From positions 25,398,461-25,462,460 of the forward strand of contig NC_068999.1 of the NCBI RefSeq assembly GCF_001194135.2: 64,000 nt of DNA, given 5' to 3'. A program made the position numbers and the translations under genes. Below are positions 1-14,643 of the stretch, piece after piece. This stretch comes from Octopus bimaculoides (Eukaryota). Each line of letters begins with the position of its first letter. The first letter of the stretch is position 1. The notes under the pieces are model-generated. The model searched no databases. It was not told where the DNA came from and worked only from the letters and a program-made list of their open reading frames with translations.

Positions 1-420
1 ATAAACACTGAAGATGTACAGAAAACAGATTCCATCACATGCCAGGGGAAGAAACTAGAAGTAGTTAATAGTTTCTGCTACCAAGGAGACCAAGTCTGTA
101 GTGGGGGTGGTTGCTCTGAGATTGTAGTGACTAGAGTAAAAATAGCCTGGGCAAAGTTCAGGGAGCTCTTACTTCTCCTGGCAACTAAAGGCCTCTCACT
201 CAGGGTGAAAGGTAGACTATGATGCATGTGTTTGAACAGCCATGCTATATGGCAGTGCAATAAGGGCCATGAATGCTGAGGACATGTGTAGGCTTGAAAG
301 AAATGAAGCCAGTACTATCTACTGGATGTGCAATGTCAGTGTGCATACACAACAAAGTGTAAGTACCTTGAGAGAAAAGTTGGGCATACGAAGCATCAAA
401 TGTGGTGTGAAAAAGAGGCG
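1..420 (+). mobile_element. RTE-clade LINE, decayed post-RT (3') portion
   Basis: Frame 1 reads KLEVVNSFCYQGD...RVKIAWAKFRELL...LSLRVKGRL. After a frameshift it reads AMLYGS...RLERNEAS...WMCNV, typical of the RTE C-terminal region. Apparently the same family as 61160-62900. Confidence 0.85.
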
Positions 421-635
421 ACTGCCCCCTGGCTGGCTCCTGTGCTGATGGCATGTAAAAGGCACCATCCAAGCATGGTCAATGCCAGTGCCCCCTGACC
501 GGCTCCTGTGCCAGTGGCATGTAAAAAGTACCATCCAAACGTGTTCATTGCGAGGCCTGCCTTACTGGCCCTGGTGCCAGTGGCACGTAAAAAGCATCAA
601 CCAATTGTGATTGACGCCAGTACTTCTGACTGTCA
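421..635 (+). repeat. SINE-associated internal modules (~65-bp unit, about 3 copies, core tggcacgtaaaaagcacc)
   Basis: Repeated core tggca(c/t)gtaaaa(a/g)gcacc. The same module recurs at 43290-43440, 53711-53940 and 57987-58045. Confidence 0.7.
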
Positions 636-639
636 CTTA

Positions 640-790
640 GCAGTTTGGCAAAAGATATCAACTGAATAAGAACCAAACTTAAAAACCTAAGTACTTAGGC
701 CCATTTGTTTCATTAAACCCTGCTAGGCGGCACCCCAGCATGGCCACAATCCAATGAGTGAAACATGTAAAAGGTAGAAGATACAAAAAA
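640..790 (+). mobile_element. Degraded 3' half of the abundant octopus-type tRNA-derived SINE
   Basis: Aligns by eye to 2180-2390 and 24190-24395 (ggcggcaccccagcatggccacaatccaatgagtgaaaca). Confidence 0.65.
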
Positions 791-817
791 AGATCATTTA
801 TATTCCAAAATACTGAC

Positions 818-1010
818 ATAACCCTTTAGCATTTGAACCGGCTATATCTGGCCCTATTATTCTTCCTATTTTATGTCCAAACTAGCCAGATCTGGCCTCT
901 TAGACCTACCCTACAACTTCATTCCTAAAGTAAAGAATCACATCATTGAAATATCAAAGCTACAAGACAATGCAAGAGTAATTAACAATAATGCAAATAT
1001 ATAAGCATTA
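818..1010. mobile_element. Possible degraded piggyBac-type MITE
   Basis: Starts ataaccctttagc, resembling the ttaaccctttcg end of the element at 1502. No right end recognised. Confidence 0.35.
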
Positions 1011-1501
1011 CATTTAATAGAGTAATTTCAGTCCTAAACAATTAACTTCATATTGCAATAAGCAGAGTATTTCCTTAAAAACGTTCTGAGTTCAACTTCT
1101 GCTGAAGTTGACTTTGCCTTTCAATCTTTTGGGGTGGATAAATTAAGTACCAGTGAAATACTGGGTTTAATGCAATCAACTAGCCCCCACCAAAAAAATT
1201 TCAAGCCTTGTGCCTATAGTAGAAAGGATTATTTTACTAAACTAAAGAACATAAAATTGCCAGGTAATTTTATGGGGGAAGTGTTTGACTTTTTTAAAGA
1301 TCTTAGCAAAGAAAGGAGAGTAAATTCTTCATTAAAACCATCATGTGTTAGAAAATTTCATGTAAAAAGCAATATATTTATTGGAATGTATTCACTTCCT
1401 TCTTTTGACAAGTGAACTAAACATGTGATTTATTACTGTAAATGCCTTCAGAAAACCCATGGGGCCCATAAGAACTGGTGCTTGATTTCTATTTCATAAT
1501 A

Positions 1502-1731
1502 TTAACCCTTTCGATACCAACCCGGCTGAAACCACCAGCTCTGTAGTACAAATGTTTTGTTTCCATAAGTTCTGAATTGAAAAAATTTTCCACCAAACCT
1601 TAGTCACAATTTATATTTCTAACACTAGCTTAATGATAACTCAGTTATTTTACTAAATTCTTTGTTATATTTAAAATTAATTGAAAGAAACACAGAGCAT
1701 CTCAAAATAAATACAGTAACAAAAGAGTTAA
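1502..1731. mobile_element. piggyBac-type MITE with TTAA ends
   Basis: TTAAccctttcgatac ... gtaacaaaagagTTAA: TTAA at both ends with short imperfect inverted termini. Confidence 0.7.
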
Positions 1732-1846
1732 GTCAAAATCATTCCCTGAATACAATAGTATTTTTGTGAGTACTTTATTCTTATGTGGCTACATCATGAT
1801 GTCCTGAAGAGGTAACTGCAGGAACTACCTATTTTTTTTAATTCTT

Positions 1847-2390
<544 letters not shown>

Positions 2391-5300
2391 CAAAGTCAAC
2401 CTCAGTAGAATTTAAACCTAGAATGTAGTCAGATGAAATACTGCTAAGTATTTCGCCCAGTGTGCTAACGTTCCTGTTAGCTTGCTACATTTCTGCATTA
2501 TACAAATTAATCTAACAATGAGTTTCACTTGTGGGGGGTCTGGCTAATCGAGGTGGGTTATGTTTAGTCTTAGAGGAGAGGAGGAATGTTTATGGAGAGC
2601 AAGAATAAAAAAGAAAAGATTGACTGGCACAAAGATATTATCCAACGAGATAATGAGTTGAATTTTTAAATCTTCTAAGGAACTCATTTAAGTACATATT
2701 TCCAAAAAATAACTTGGCCATGTTATTTTTCATATAGAAGTGCTTCCATAGTTTTATTCATCTATTTTGAAATAAAATAAAATATAATTCTAAACACAAC
2801 TTTATTTTTAAGCCTTTTTTTTGTTGTTGGTTCATTTAAACATTTACATATAAAATATTAAATATATGTGAACAAGTGCACTAAAAATTGTTGTTTGAAT
2901 GAAAATAATTTGGGCGTTTTATTTAATTTGTTTTTATTTTATTTCTAATAATCTCAATTCATTTCCTTTTTAGAAGTGCTCTATTAACATAAATATATGC
3001 ATACATGAGAATGATAGGCAGTTTTTCCAAGTTTGCATGTCTTCATTCAATGTTTTTACAGCTGGATTCACTTTGCACTAATTGCTCTGTTACAAAGTGG
3101 GACTGATATATTTGTCGCTAGACAGATTAAAGCATGCACAGTAAGGTGTTCATTCAATGACTCAAAAACCAAGTCTGCATTGAGATTTAAATTGCTTTTC
3201 AAAGAATTTTGGTACTAATTGTAATGTGTTTTTCTATCAACATTCATTAAAAAGTAGCAGGTTTCTATCAACTTACTTATCTTAATTAGATCTGATTTAC
3301 TGCAGTACAGTATCTTTTACAACTAGTATCCAAGTGGTTTTAATCTTCATGTAGCCAGATATTATACTGCAAATATAAGTACAATCTTGAGGGCCAAGAA
3401 AGCTAATGGCTAAAAGTGATAACGCCAAAAATAAAATACCATTCATCTTATCCTTATTACCTTAATATATTTTTCCATGAATGATATGTAGTCTGCAAAT
3501 TTCATTTGGCTGGGTTTTAGTACAGCTATGTTTCCTACCAATTATTAGCTCTTATCAAAGCAGGATGAGTGTATTTATCATGGTACTGGTATCAGCACTA
3601 AGAAATTTGTCTTTCAAAATGAAAAGTTCAATCAAAAGTGAAAAAAAAAAGGTAAGACAAGCTAATTTATCACATTAGAAAACAGTAAATGTCAAGTTAT
3701 GAATAAGATTACTTTCGTGTGGGATACTAATCAATGGAGCCACTGCTGTTTCTTACTTATGTGATGTATGAGGCAATCAATGTACTCAAGAGAATTCTGG
3801 TCTGTTTAAGAAATATTCAGTACATCAGTCCAACATCTGTTCACAACCTGAAGATTCCTATCAATTATAGAACTCAAATTTATCTTTGATTCCCCTTATT
3901 TTTTCTGTCCCTAGGAGGATTTCTTAGCTGATGACATTTACAAATTATAAAAGAAACTAAACAATGGCAAATTTCACATAATTTATCCTCTTTTGTGTTT
4001 AAATTCCTCCTCTTTTGTGTTTAATTGCCTTATCAGATTTTCAAAATCCAAAATCAAAGATATTCTAGTTTTCTCTTTCACACACCTGATGCCATTTTAT
4101 AAATGGCATATGGTAGTATCATGTAGGCTGAATACTTAAGTTAATCTTGTCAGAATTTGAGCCATGATCCACAAAGTTTCAAATTTAATGCTGAACTATG
4201 CCAAACTACTTTACTTCATTATGTTAATTGAAAAAAGAAATATTCATTAATCTCTTATGCAGTATCCTGCATAGAATTTAACAAACTCAGTTAATTCACA
4301 TATATATATGAAACAGTCTTTATTTGTGAATAGGACCATGCAAAGTTGGTTATAGGCCCAGGTCAGCTGTGATATGTAGGTCTCCATTTCAATTGATAAT
4401 TGATCCAAGCAAGATGTAAAATATAGGATATCATTTCTAATTATTCACATTTAGTAATTAGAGCTAAATACAAATTACTTGTGTATGGCTTACAAGTAAA
4501 TACATGTACCTGTAAAGTGCAAGATGTAAGAACTAGTAAAAGAACTGAATAAATGAGCAAGAACAGTTTATATAAAAGTTATTCTTTACCAGAACCTCCA
4601 ACTGGCAGGAATTTCCTTCCTCAAAGTCATAGTTCCATGCCAGGTGACCCACTTCCCCTACTTCCTGCTCAGGCGTGTTTCTGAATAATAAACAGTCAAG
4701 GCTCTTACATTTGCTATACTTGCTAGAAATTTCACCTTCTGGTTATTAAAAATAATTGCTTTTTTTGTTGTTGCTTTTTGTTTTTTCGCTGCCACTTGTT
4801 TTTCTCTTTCCTTTTTCATTCTTCAGCTTATAATGTGCCTACTGATTGTATAACCAACTTATAATTCTTTATTGACTGGAAAGTGATGAATTTCAAAGTT
4901 AAGTTTATTGGATTCTCAGTCTCTCAGTATAATTAGGAATACAGACAAAAAAAAAATTGTAAAAAGTACAACAGTATTAAAAGTTTATAACCAATAATTT
5001 TAAAATATACAAATGAAAGAAAATTTCCATCATTCTATACTGCTCAAATTATATCAGTTAATGAACATTTGAATTATATAACTTGATTGTAGCTGCTTGG
5101 CCAATAAGAAATAAGATGGATTTTTTTTTACCAGGTGGAATTCAAAGCCTCAAGTTCAAATAAAATAATACACTGAAGTTAGTTCATCTGGCTTAAGTCT
5201 TCTTATCAAAATAATGCTCTAATACCTTTAAAATTAATATTTCTTGTATGCTTCATAAAAGCTTTTTCCCTTAACATTATGATTTAACTGAATATAATGA

Positions 5301-5943
5301 GTTTTTGTCAACTGACATCAAGTAATAGGTTTGTACTACAAGTGTTCAGTGAGGTTTACCACTAAAACTCTGGTCTGGATTGCAACTGAAAGTGTGATGT
5401 TAAGACTGCTTATCAAAGCTGTAAGAGACAGTATGTTTATATTCTCCAACAAAATTAAATATCATTTTCAAGTGATGTCAAATGTTCTGCGTTTCCATTA
5501 TAGATTTATTCATAACTCACAGCTTATATAGTGAACTCCTAAACTATTATAGCATTACATTTTCTTCATATTATCCTTTTACGCAATTATTGCACAAGTA
5601 TCATTCTTGTATATTATAGAATAAACTATTATATTGGGTTGCTATATAATTATTGCAGCTTTTTTTCAACAAACTTTATTCAACAAAACAATAACAATAT
5701 TTAACAAAAACATCTTTAAATGACAGCCTGACCATCTGCCAAGCAAATGGGAGGCAGTAATNNNNNNNNNNNNNNNNNNNNNNNNNNNNNNNNNNNNNNN
5801 NNNNNNNNNNNNNNNNNNNNNNNNNNNNNNNNNNNNNNNNNNNNNNNNNNNNNNNNNNNNNNNNNNNNNNNNNNNNNNNNNNNNNNNNNNNNNNNNNNNN
5901 NNNNNNNNNNNNNNNNNNNNNNNNNNNNNNNNNNNNNNNNNNN

Positions 5944-5979
<36 letters not shown>

Positions 5980-5982
<3 letters not shown>

Positions 5983-6110
5983 CAGGCTTCTACACAATTT
6001 CCATTTACCAAATTTTACTCACAAGGTAGTGATCAACATGTGGCTATGGTAGAAGAACTAGCCCGTGTTGTATAATGGATCAAACCCAGAAGCACATGGT
6101 GATTACAAAT
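5980..6110 (-). mobile_element. Degraded SINE 5' part
   Basis: Similar to 17707-17860 (caaattttactcacaagg...ctatggtagaagaactagccc...aacccagaagcacatgg). Confidence 0.55.
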
Positions 6111-6363
6111 TGAGCTCTTTAATGACACAACTATACCTGCATCTATTTATGGTAATACCCAACACTCTCTTCACAATGCTTGCCTATATTGCATCATTAC
6201 CTAATACTCACATACCATTTTTACCTATCATCCCATATTCATATGCTGGCATTACTTCCTACTTATACTATAACATTACTCACTTCACTTAACCCTTTTT
6301 TTTCTACTCATATTTCCAGTGACTACATCAACATAACTAATTACCATCAACGCCACCTCATAC

Positions 6364-6447
6364 AACTCTATGATAGTTGTACTTGAGTTTCTGTAAGAAA
6401 TACCAATGCATATTTTCTACTTACCCCTTGAAATTTGAGCTTTTATT

Positions 6448-6485
<38 letters not shown>

Positions 6486-6965
6486 GAAAATATGTATACT
6501 TATTGTACTTATATATATACCTATTATTATATGATACAGAATATTATTCTCATTAAGATGTTTTAATCTTATCAAAATCAGGTATCTTTAATGTTATTGC
6601 AGAAATAAAATAATTGTTAAAATATATGTAAGGCATGTATGGATATTTCTGCATTGTGAATGCAAGACCAACAATGCCAAGATACATTCAATTTAATCAG
6701 CTATTAAACATTATTAACTATTAAATATTTTAAAACTGTTAATTTATCCTTAAAATTACAAATATTTAATTCATGAAGTCTTGAATTGTAATTGGGATAA
6801 TAATCCCATAACAAACTGACATTATCATGTGGTTTCAATTTTATATAGAAGCATTTTCACTTTACAACCCCTTGTAAAGTGAATAAAAGCTCAAATTTCA
6901 AGGGGTAAGTAGAAAATATGCATTGGTATTTCTTACAGAAACTCAAGTACAACTATCATAGAGTT
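6364..6965. repeat. Perfect 85-bp inverted duplication (6364-6448 / 6881-6965), 432-bp spacer
   Basis: Base-by-base comparison gives 85/85 reverse-complement identity. No flanking TSD seen. Confidence 0.95.
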
Positions 6966-7158
6966 TCTGGCTTTAAAAGTATTGCAAAAGGTCAGGCTGG
7001 AGACCCAGCCTTCCTAGTTCTTTTATAAGGCTAAGAAAAACTGAAAGACTGTTGTAATAAGTGTGTGAATCTGAGAAGAGAATATGTTGAATAAAATCAT
7101 AATTAACTGATCTGCCTGCATATTCTTTTACCCAAAACCAAGAACTTTTCAGTACCCC
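6961..7158. mobile_element. Mariner-type MITE (outer tip of left TIR missing)
   Basis: Same family as 45945-46152, in the opposite orientation. TIR remnants are agtttctggcttt ... aaaaccaagaacttttcagtacccc. Confidence 0.75.
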
Positions 7159-10100
7159 TGCCCCTGCCTCCACCATATTTATCTTACCAATGTCTTTTAG
7201 AAATATATTTCTCATTCCTTCTCATTTATCTTTGTACTCAAACAAAAGAAACCAATACTTTTCTATTGCTTCACACACTATATAGTTATAAAAAAATAAG
7301 CAGAATTTAAGTGGTAGTTGTTTTTTATAAAAATTTATTCCTTTCAAATAATCGTCTAATTATAAATTTAATAAAGTAATAATGATGATGGACAAAACAT
7401 CATAAGCATAATGCAGCACTAACTTTTTGAAAATCATTTTTTTTTTTTAAAGAATCAACCTCATCTTGGATTATTGAGAAAATGAAGAGTGAATTGTAAA
7501 TATTGTTGGAATTTTCTGCATTTCACTCTCTTGTAATTAGAGCAGATTGCCTATATTCAATATCTGTACCATTATAAATTGATGTTATGTTGATGTTAAT
7601 CAACTAAAAAGTCATGGTATCGTTCAGCTAATAAAATTTTTATAAGGATTCTAATTTAAATATGAACAGTATGGGCTGTCTCAGGCAAGTTGAAATTAAA
7701 AGCTTTAAGTCCAATTCTTAGAAGAAAAATGATCCTCACATTAGAAACAGGTTTTCTTGCTTACACAGCATTTTAAAAAAGCTTACTTTTTTACAATAAA
7801 CTATTTTTAAAAGTTGGGAAATGTCTTTCTTTTTGTTTCATTTGACAATATCAGGGTAATGTTTCATACATTGACATGAGATCACAAATGGTCAAGTGAA
7901 GAGGGCACTAAAAACCAGCTGTAGGGTTAATGGTTCATATCCTGTCACAGAGATTGCATTGTATAAACAACCAACACATAAAACATGACTATTTGTATGA
8001 CCAAACACTAACTCTGTATTGTGATTCACTGAATCACTCTCACTGTGAAGTAACTATATTTCATTAGCTTGCAATGTTGGGTGTATTCTTTCTCTCCTAC
8101 AGAATATCATTTACCATAGATTTATTTTTCATTCACTTAATACCAGAGAAACCAGAAATAATTACTGATTATCAAGATTCTTATGATCAAGAAAAAGATT
8201 AAGGTTTTTTTTTTTTGTATACACATAGTATTTATTGTTTATGACAATAAATATACACTTATTCATGCTCATTCATACCATAACCTGCCACTAATGAAAC
8301 TATGTTTATATCCTTGGCATACAAATTTTTCATTTAACAAAATTACAACACTTTAAGACATTGAAAACAGAAGCAGTTTTAGTTTATATTTTCATTATGT
8401 CTGTGTATTTACTTTTTCTCTTTTATGTGCTTTATCAGAAAAGAAAAACCAATTTCTATGTCTCTTTTCAGACTGGTTGACAGAAATTTTTCTCACACCA
8501 GAGATTTCCACTAATGACACCAGTGATATATTTAGTTACATCCCTTTATTGTAAGATTGCTTGTTACTTATTGTTATATTTAAGCAATCATATCTTAATA
8601 AAATATTCAGTACCAGTCAGTCCAGTCATGGCCGCCTGATCAATAAGCCATATAAGTTTCCTCTTATTTCATATTTAGTTATCTATGTCTTTATACCACA
8701 ATATGACAATACCCAAGAGCCACGTGATAGTTAAATCGGGTTAAGAACTTCTCTTGTGCACATATAAATGTTTGTTCATTGTATGAAATTGTCTTGTAGT
8801 TGAAAAAAATTTGCCACTAAGTTGATATTTGAGAAATTTGAAGTAGGATCAACTGTTATACACCAACTATTGCATGCCGTTTGTATTCAGAGCCACACCC
8901 AATGTCTAAAGGCCAGACAGGCTGAGATAATTGGAGATTCTAGTGTGAGGATGAGTGCTGGATCAGTTTTCTGTTGCTTTCTCCAGTTCTATGGCAGAAA
9001 TATTCAGTAAGTGTTACTGCATAATTAGAGCTGTTGACTATAATATCCCATTTGCTAAGATATAAAGTGGTGACTCTTTGACAATAATTTGATGTCTTAT
9101 TAACTCAGCCTATGTGTTTGTATATATATTATACACACACACACACATATATACATCTAAGTTGTTAAGTATGAAAGTACAAAATGCTATCCTTAACCTA
9201 TTGATTTTTTTTTTTTTTACTAATTAAAAGATCTCAAATTTATATAGAAAGGGAAATGCCTACATCTTTCTCAGAAGCATCATTGGCATGAGTGTATGGA
9301 AATAATTACAAACAAATATCAAAGCTAAGCTTGGTCCCATTAGTAATTGTCTCTTATACCACACTTGAATTTATATTAGTAATAGGGATAGCAACAATCA
9401 AGTTTAGCATTCACATGCTAGGGCCATAGATTGACAGAATTGTTAGAGTATTGGACAAAATGCTTTATGGTGTTTATTCCAGATTTTGACATTTCAAGCT
9501 CAAATCCTGTGGGAGTCAACTTTGCATTTCATCCATCTGAGGTTAATAAAATAAAGGGTCTGTTAAGTACTGAGATTAATTTAATTGATGGCCAATCTAT
9601 ACCAACATGCAATGAATCAGTATGGTGCAACACAGCCCAAATCCAAGCCTAACTGTGGGGTCCTAATGATAGGAGAAATGAATCCTTGATTGGTCTACCC
9701 TGTTCACTTTGTATTACTACTAACACAACACACACTTATATCCTATTATTCACTCACACACTTTCCTCTCTTTTTCTCTTTCTCTCTCTCTCTCTCTAAA
9801 AGGGATAACAAGTAAGTGTTTCACATTATCTATAGTGCTACAACATGACAATAGTTAAAAAGCATACTGTGATGTTACTGGTGATAGAGATGGTGGTAGT
9901 GAAAATACTTTCCCTAATGTTGACATTGTATAGTCAGAGGCATTGGCATATCCTGTGTTGTGAAACTGCACCATCCTCAAACCAAGTGTTTGACTTAAAT
10001 TTGCTTGTAATTAGATTAAAGGTCTCAGAAACCATACAGTGGGATTAGTCAAGGTATTATGTTATGCCTATAACCCACAAAAAAGCCATAGAATTTTTAT

Positions 10101-12332
10101 CATGGCAACCACACTGACTCTCAAGAGGTTATATTTTCCACTTAAGGCCTACTATTAGATTAAAGAAGAGGATTGATACAAGAGATTATCCATCTGGATA
10201 CAGCACAAAAAAGTGCTAAATACCAGTTGGAGTGTGTGAGGTCTGAGAAGCCAACCAATTATTATTTCATGTGCATATTTCTAAAATGGCAACAATCTAC
10301 AAACAAGTGGTAAGCCAGATCTTGAGATTATTTAGAACTAGGAGTCATATTAGTCCTGCAGTGTCTTCTACCTTAGTGATATGGACAGCTGTGTACTAGT
10401 ATTGGTTACCTCATAGAGTCAATATGAAATCAACATAATGGTTCATCACACTTAAGCTTTCATGAAACAACTGATATACAAAAGTGATGAAAACTTTAAT
10501 ACTCTACTTTCTGGAGTGAAGAATGGAAAATTGTGTAGAAATCTTAAAATCTGAAAGGTTTTAGAAAGACTAGCTCCAAAATTTAGCATGGAAATTCTCA
10601 ATTTCAGCACTAATAAGGCTGTCAAATTGTTTTGCTTTCGTCCTCCTATATTGGGTTGAATTACTGCAATAGCAAAGAATTTAAAAGAACTCAACACTTC
10701 AATAGTCTTCCATTAAACATAAGGGATCTTCATGGGATAGTAGAGTAGATATCAACACATACTGTGTAAAATGAACCTAACTTAACAGAGAAGCAAATCT
10801 ATTCATTAGATACCAAACACAAGGCAATAGCTGCAATAGCATAGATTGTGGTGCCCTAGTATGGCCATAACCTTAGTATGACTATAATATATAGTCTCAT
10901 AGATTTTAAAAACAAAATACAGAAATTATTCCTAGAGGAAATAATGGCATTACTTAGAAATAAACTAAAGTGTATATTAATTCATTTCTATTCATAGCAT
11001 CTGCAATTCATTTTGAAAACTTTTAACATTCATATTTAATTAGAAGCATTTCCATGCAATTCACACAATAATTTATTTGAAGGATTTGTCACAAAGTTCT
11101 AAAAAATATCTATTAAAAATGTAGCTTTATTAAAATGTAGGTCCTTGTTATGTCATATCACATTAATTTAGGTTATTTTCAATGATAATGCACAAGAAAG
11201 GTTATTCATTTTTCTCTAAGAGAGGAAGTGACTCAATAATAAGACTTCCCACTGCTAGTATACATAAGAGACTGATCAAAATGTTAAACAATTCATTTTA
11301 GGTTTATGATTTTAATTTTAAGTTTATGTAGAGCATTATTGTTGTTATGCAACAAAAGCTAGGAAAGTTAGCTATAAAAATACCATAAGTTTGGTGCCAA
11401 ATTCATGTTGCATTATCATACATTTAACTTTAAAAGTTAAAACAGCTGTTTAAACTTAAATCAATCAATTAGTATAGTAGATTATATTAAAAATTATATG
11501 AGGAACTGAAGTAGATCAGTGTTTGATGAGCACATGACAAAATATTAGTGGTATATTAGTGTACAGGATAATATATTTTACAAAAGTCAGGGATAGATTT
11601 ATTAAGAGCATTTGTTCTTCATTGACAAACTTCATTTAAGATTATCTCCATGGAATCTTTCAGGTTTTTTGGAACAACTTTATAATAGTGGACTGACTGG
11701 AACACTAATACATTATTAACTGTAGAATGGTTTGAGCCTTGTTGCATTAAAATTTACCAGGAATAGTTGTGAATCACAATCTAGAGAATGCTAAAAGTTT
11801 CTGTAAAGAAGATTGTGTGTCTATCTTGTTGAGACACAGGAAAGTACAGATGAAAAGGAAGGAGTGAACAAACAGATTTCAGGTATCATTTTCAGAACTA
11901 GAAATACTTTGATCCAGATCAGTTACTGGCAGATAGGAACAATGAAGCAACACATTTACAGATGGAGTTATGAGCAAGAGTAACAACTGAATAATCAAGG
12001 AAGTAAATAGCGAAAAGAGATGTTGGTATGTAGTAGAGTATGAAAAAATACACTTTTGTGTTTCCTCATAGGAAAGAAATCTATGAAGATAATGATGCCA
12101 GGTATGTTGTCACTTGAGGATAGCTGGAAGATCGTTACCTTCATAAATAAACTTGGAAACCATGCATAACAGCTTCTTCTTTGTTCTATCCTTCTTTGCT
12201 TTGTATATTGAATATTAAATCTGCCCATATATNNNNNNNNNNNNNNNNNNNNNNNNNNNNNNNNNNNNNNNNNNNNNNNNNNNNNNNNNNNNNNNNNNNN
12301 NNNNNNNNNNNNNNNNNNNNNNNNNNNNNNNN

Positions 12333-12374
<42 letters not shown>

Positions 12375-12677
12375 GTCTACCTAAATGAATATAAAATGTT
12401 TTTGCTCCACCTTCTGTTTGTCCTGTGTGTGTAGACTTCTACAAGTCTTGAAACCCTTTTTATAATGTTTTGTATTATGTGAATGGACCCTTGAGGCCCC
12501 AAAAAGAAAGCATTATTATTATTATCATTAATTATATGTACAGCTTTTCTTTGATCACTAGACTATTGCTGAACCAGAAAAATGTTTAGGGTGATGAATA
12601 TAATCTAATTGCTAACATAGGTAGCTAAAACTGTGACAGACACACCCTATTATAAAAATCCAACTGTGACTGAACCA

Positions 12678-12678
<1 letters not shown>

Positions 12679-12727
<49 letters not shown>
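12679..12727. repeat. (TAG)n microsatellite
   Basis: Direct reading; it explains the poly-Leu ORF in the track. Confidence 0.95.
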
Positions 12728-13665
12728 ATAAAAGGACTGTAGAACTAATATTAGGGAAAACTATACAAATTAAAGAGAGTAAAAATTGAGACAAGAATAA
12801 AGAAACAAACAAAAAATTCAAATACAGAAATTCCAATGAAATTTTAGTATAATAAAACTCTTGTCTGCAAAAATCGATATTTATAGTTTATCAGAAGCTT
12901 TCATAAGCTGAAAATAATGTTAGACATGCTGACAGTAGCAGAAATTACGAAAGCATTGTGGTATTTAATCATGTTCCCTTATATTCTCAATTCAAATCCT
13001 ACTACATTTGATTTTTCTGTTACCTCTTCTTCTTGCTGCAATAAAGTACACCCCTCACTCAAATCTTATAACCTTATGTTGAAGCTTCAAATCAATATTA
13101 CTCACAGTTCTGTTGTTATTTTATCATTATTCCAAAGGCACTGGACAGGAAGAATAGCAAGTGCATTGGATAAAATGCATAGTAGCATTTCTACAGTGTC
13201 TCTACATTCTGAACTCAAATTCGGCAAAGATCAATTTTGCCTTTCAGCTGTTCAGAGCCAATAAAATAAGTTCCAGTTGAGCACTTGTATTGGTGTAATT
13301 GACTAAACACCCTCCTAGTAAAATTGATGGCCTTGTATAATACAGTACCAGGCCAGTACTGGAATCAGTTCTTCTCCCTCTTTTTCTATGGTTTGTAACT
13401 GTAATTCAAAAGTCTAGCCTTGTGCCATAATCATATAATCATAATCATTCAACCTGAGAATTATGCTAAGAGTATATGTATCCGTGGAATACTCAGCCAC
13501 CTACACATTCATTTCACAAGTAGGAATTCAGTTGGTCAAACAACTGAATGGTCACCATGGACACTGATGGAAAATCTACCATTTTGACTCTTTTACACTA
13601 ATATAAGCAATAAAAATTAATCTGATGGCACAATGTTACACTTACCTACCCCCATACAAAGCACA

Positions 13666-13954
13666 TACTGTATTTTTGGGCTTATAAGGTGCACCCCAAT
13701 TTTGGCAGGCCCAATTTGTGAGAAACAACCTGCTGCTACCCTTGAATTCTCAAGCTGAATGTCTCGTACATTTTCAAATGTAGGAGTCATAAAAATTTAG
13801 ACTGACACTCTTTGGTAAATTATTGGTAAGCTAAGTTACAATACTTAACCTTAACACTAACATATATCACTAGCATCACCATTATTGTTCATCGTTAATA
13901 ACACTGATCACTACTAATTTGAAGAAAGTGCACCTTATATGCTGGAAAATATGA
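13666..13954. mobile_element. pogo/Tigger-like MITE relic
   Basis: Imperfect ~27-bp TIRs ctgtatttttgggcttataaggtgcac / gtgcaccttatatgctggaaaatatga, with TA at the left edge. Confidence 0.6.
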
Positions 13955-14219
13955 TTCATACCCCTAAACCCCATACTAAATCATTTTTTTATCCTTTTAA
14001 TGATAACAGTATCTCTTTGGAATGTCTTTCCTGTTTGCAACCTCTCTGCAACCAATAATCTGATATAAAACTCAACTTTATATTATAATCTGAAGACCTT
14101 CAAAGGATGTTAGGTACTGCCCCTCATTTCCATACTAATAAATATTTAAGTGTGAATTATAAGGGAAATAAATGTTAAACCACTTCCTACATTGTGTGCT
14201 TACACCACATAATATATGG

Positions 14220-14380
14220 TGTTGGTTTGTTTATATCCCATAGCCTAACACTTTAGCAAAAAGATCAATAGAATAAGTAGTAGACTTAAAAAGTGAGAGG
14301 TTGATTTGCTTGACTAAACCTCTCAAGGCTGTGCCCCAGTATGGCCACAGTCCAATGGCTGAAACAGTTAAAGGTTAAAA
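14220..14380 (+). mobile_element. Degraded SINE 3' half
   Basis: Aligns to 2225-2390 (gctgtgccccagtatggccacagtccaatggctgaaacag). Confidence 0.6.
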
Positions 14381-14572
14381 GATTGTTTAAAATTTATTCT
14401 TTTCAACCCAAGAGTAAATTAATGTTATCCATTCTCTTGCGATGAGGTTTCATCCTAAATCTTACAATGACCACATATTCCAGTTTCTTAAAGAGTGCTT
14501 CTGAAACCTTGGTAGAGAACAAGTGGTTCACCAATAAAGTGAAGATGTAGTGTATTTCGCAAATTCTGATAA

Positions 14573-14643
<71 letters not shown>

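Noticed and set aside
4590-4738. 149-nt open, exon-like segment on the minus strand (GEISSKYSKCKSLDCLLFRNTPEQEVGEVGHLAWNYDFEEGNSCQLEVL), faintly like a fibrillar-collagen C-propeptide motif
   Set aside because: It begins in phase 1, but the collagen needs a phase-0 Gly-X-Y exon next. The 7S cysteine exon identifies the gene as type IV rather than fibrillar, and no partner exons were found.
3062-12101. Scattered plus-strand exon-like segments (3062-3140, ~3564-3651, ~3915, ~8472-8550, ~12072-12101) suggesting a nested antisense gene
   Set aside because: They give no coherent reading frame or recognisable protein, and such signals are expected by chance in AT-rich DNA. RNA-seq would be needed.
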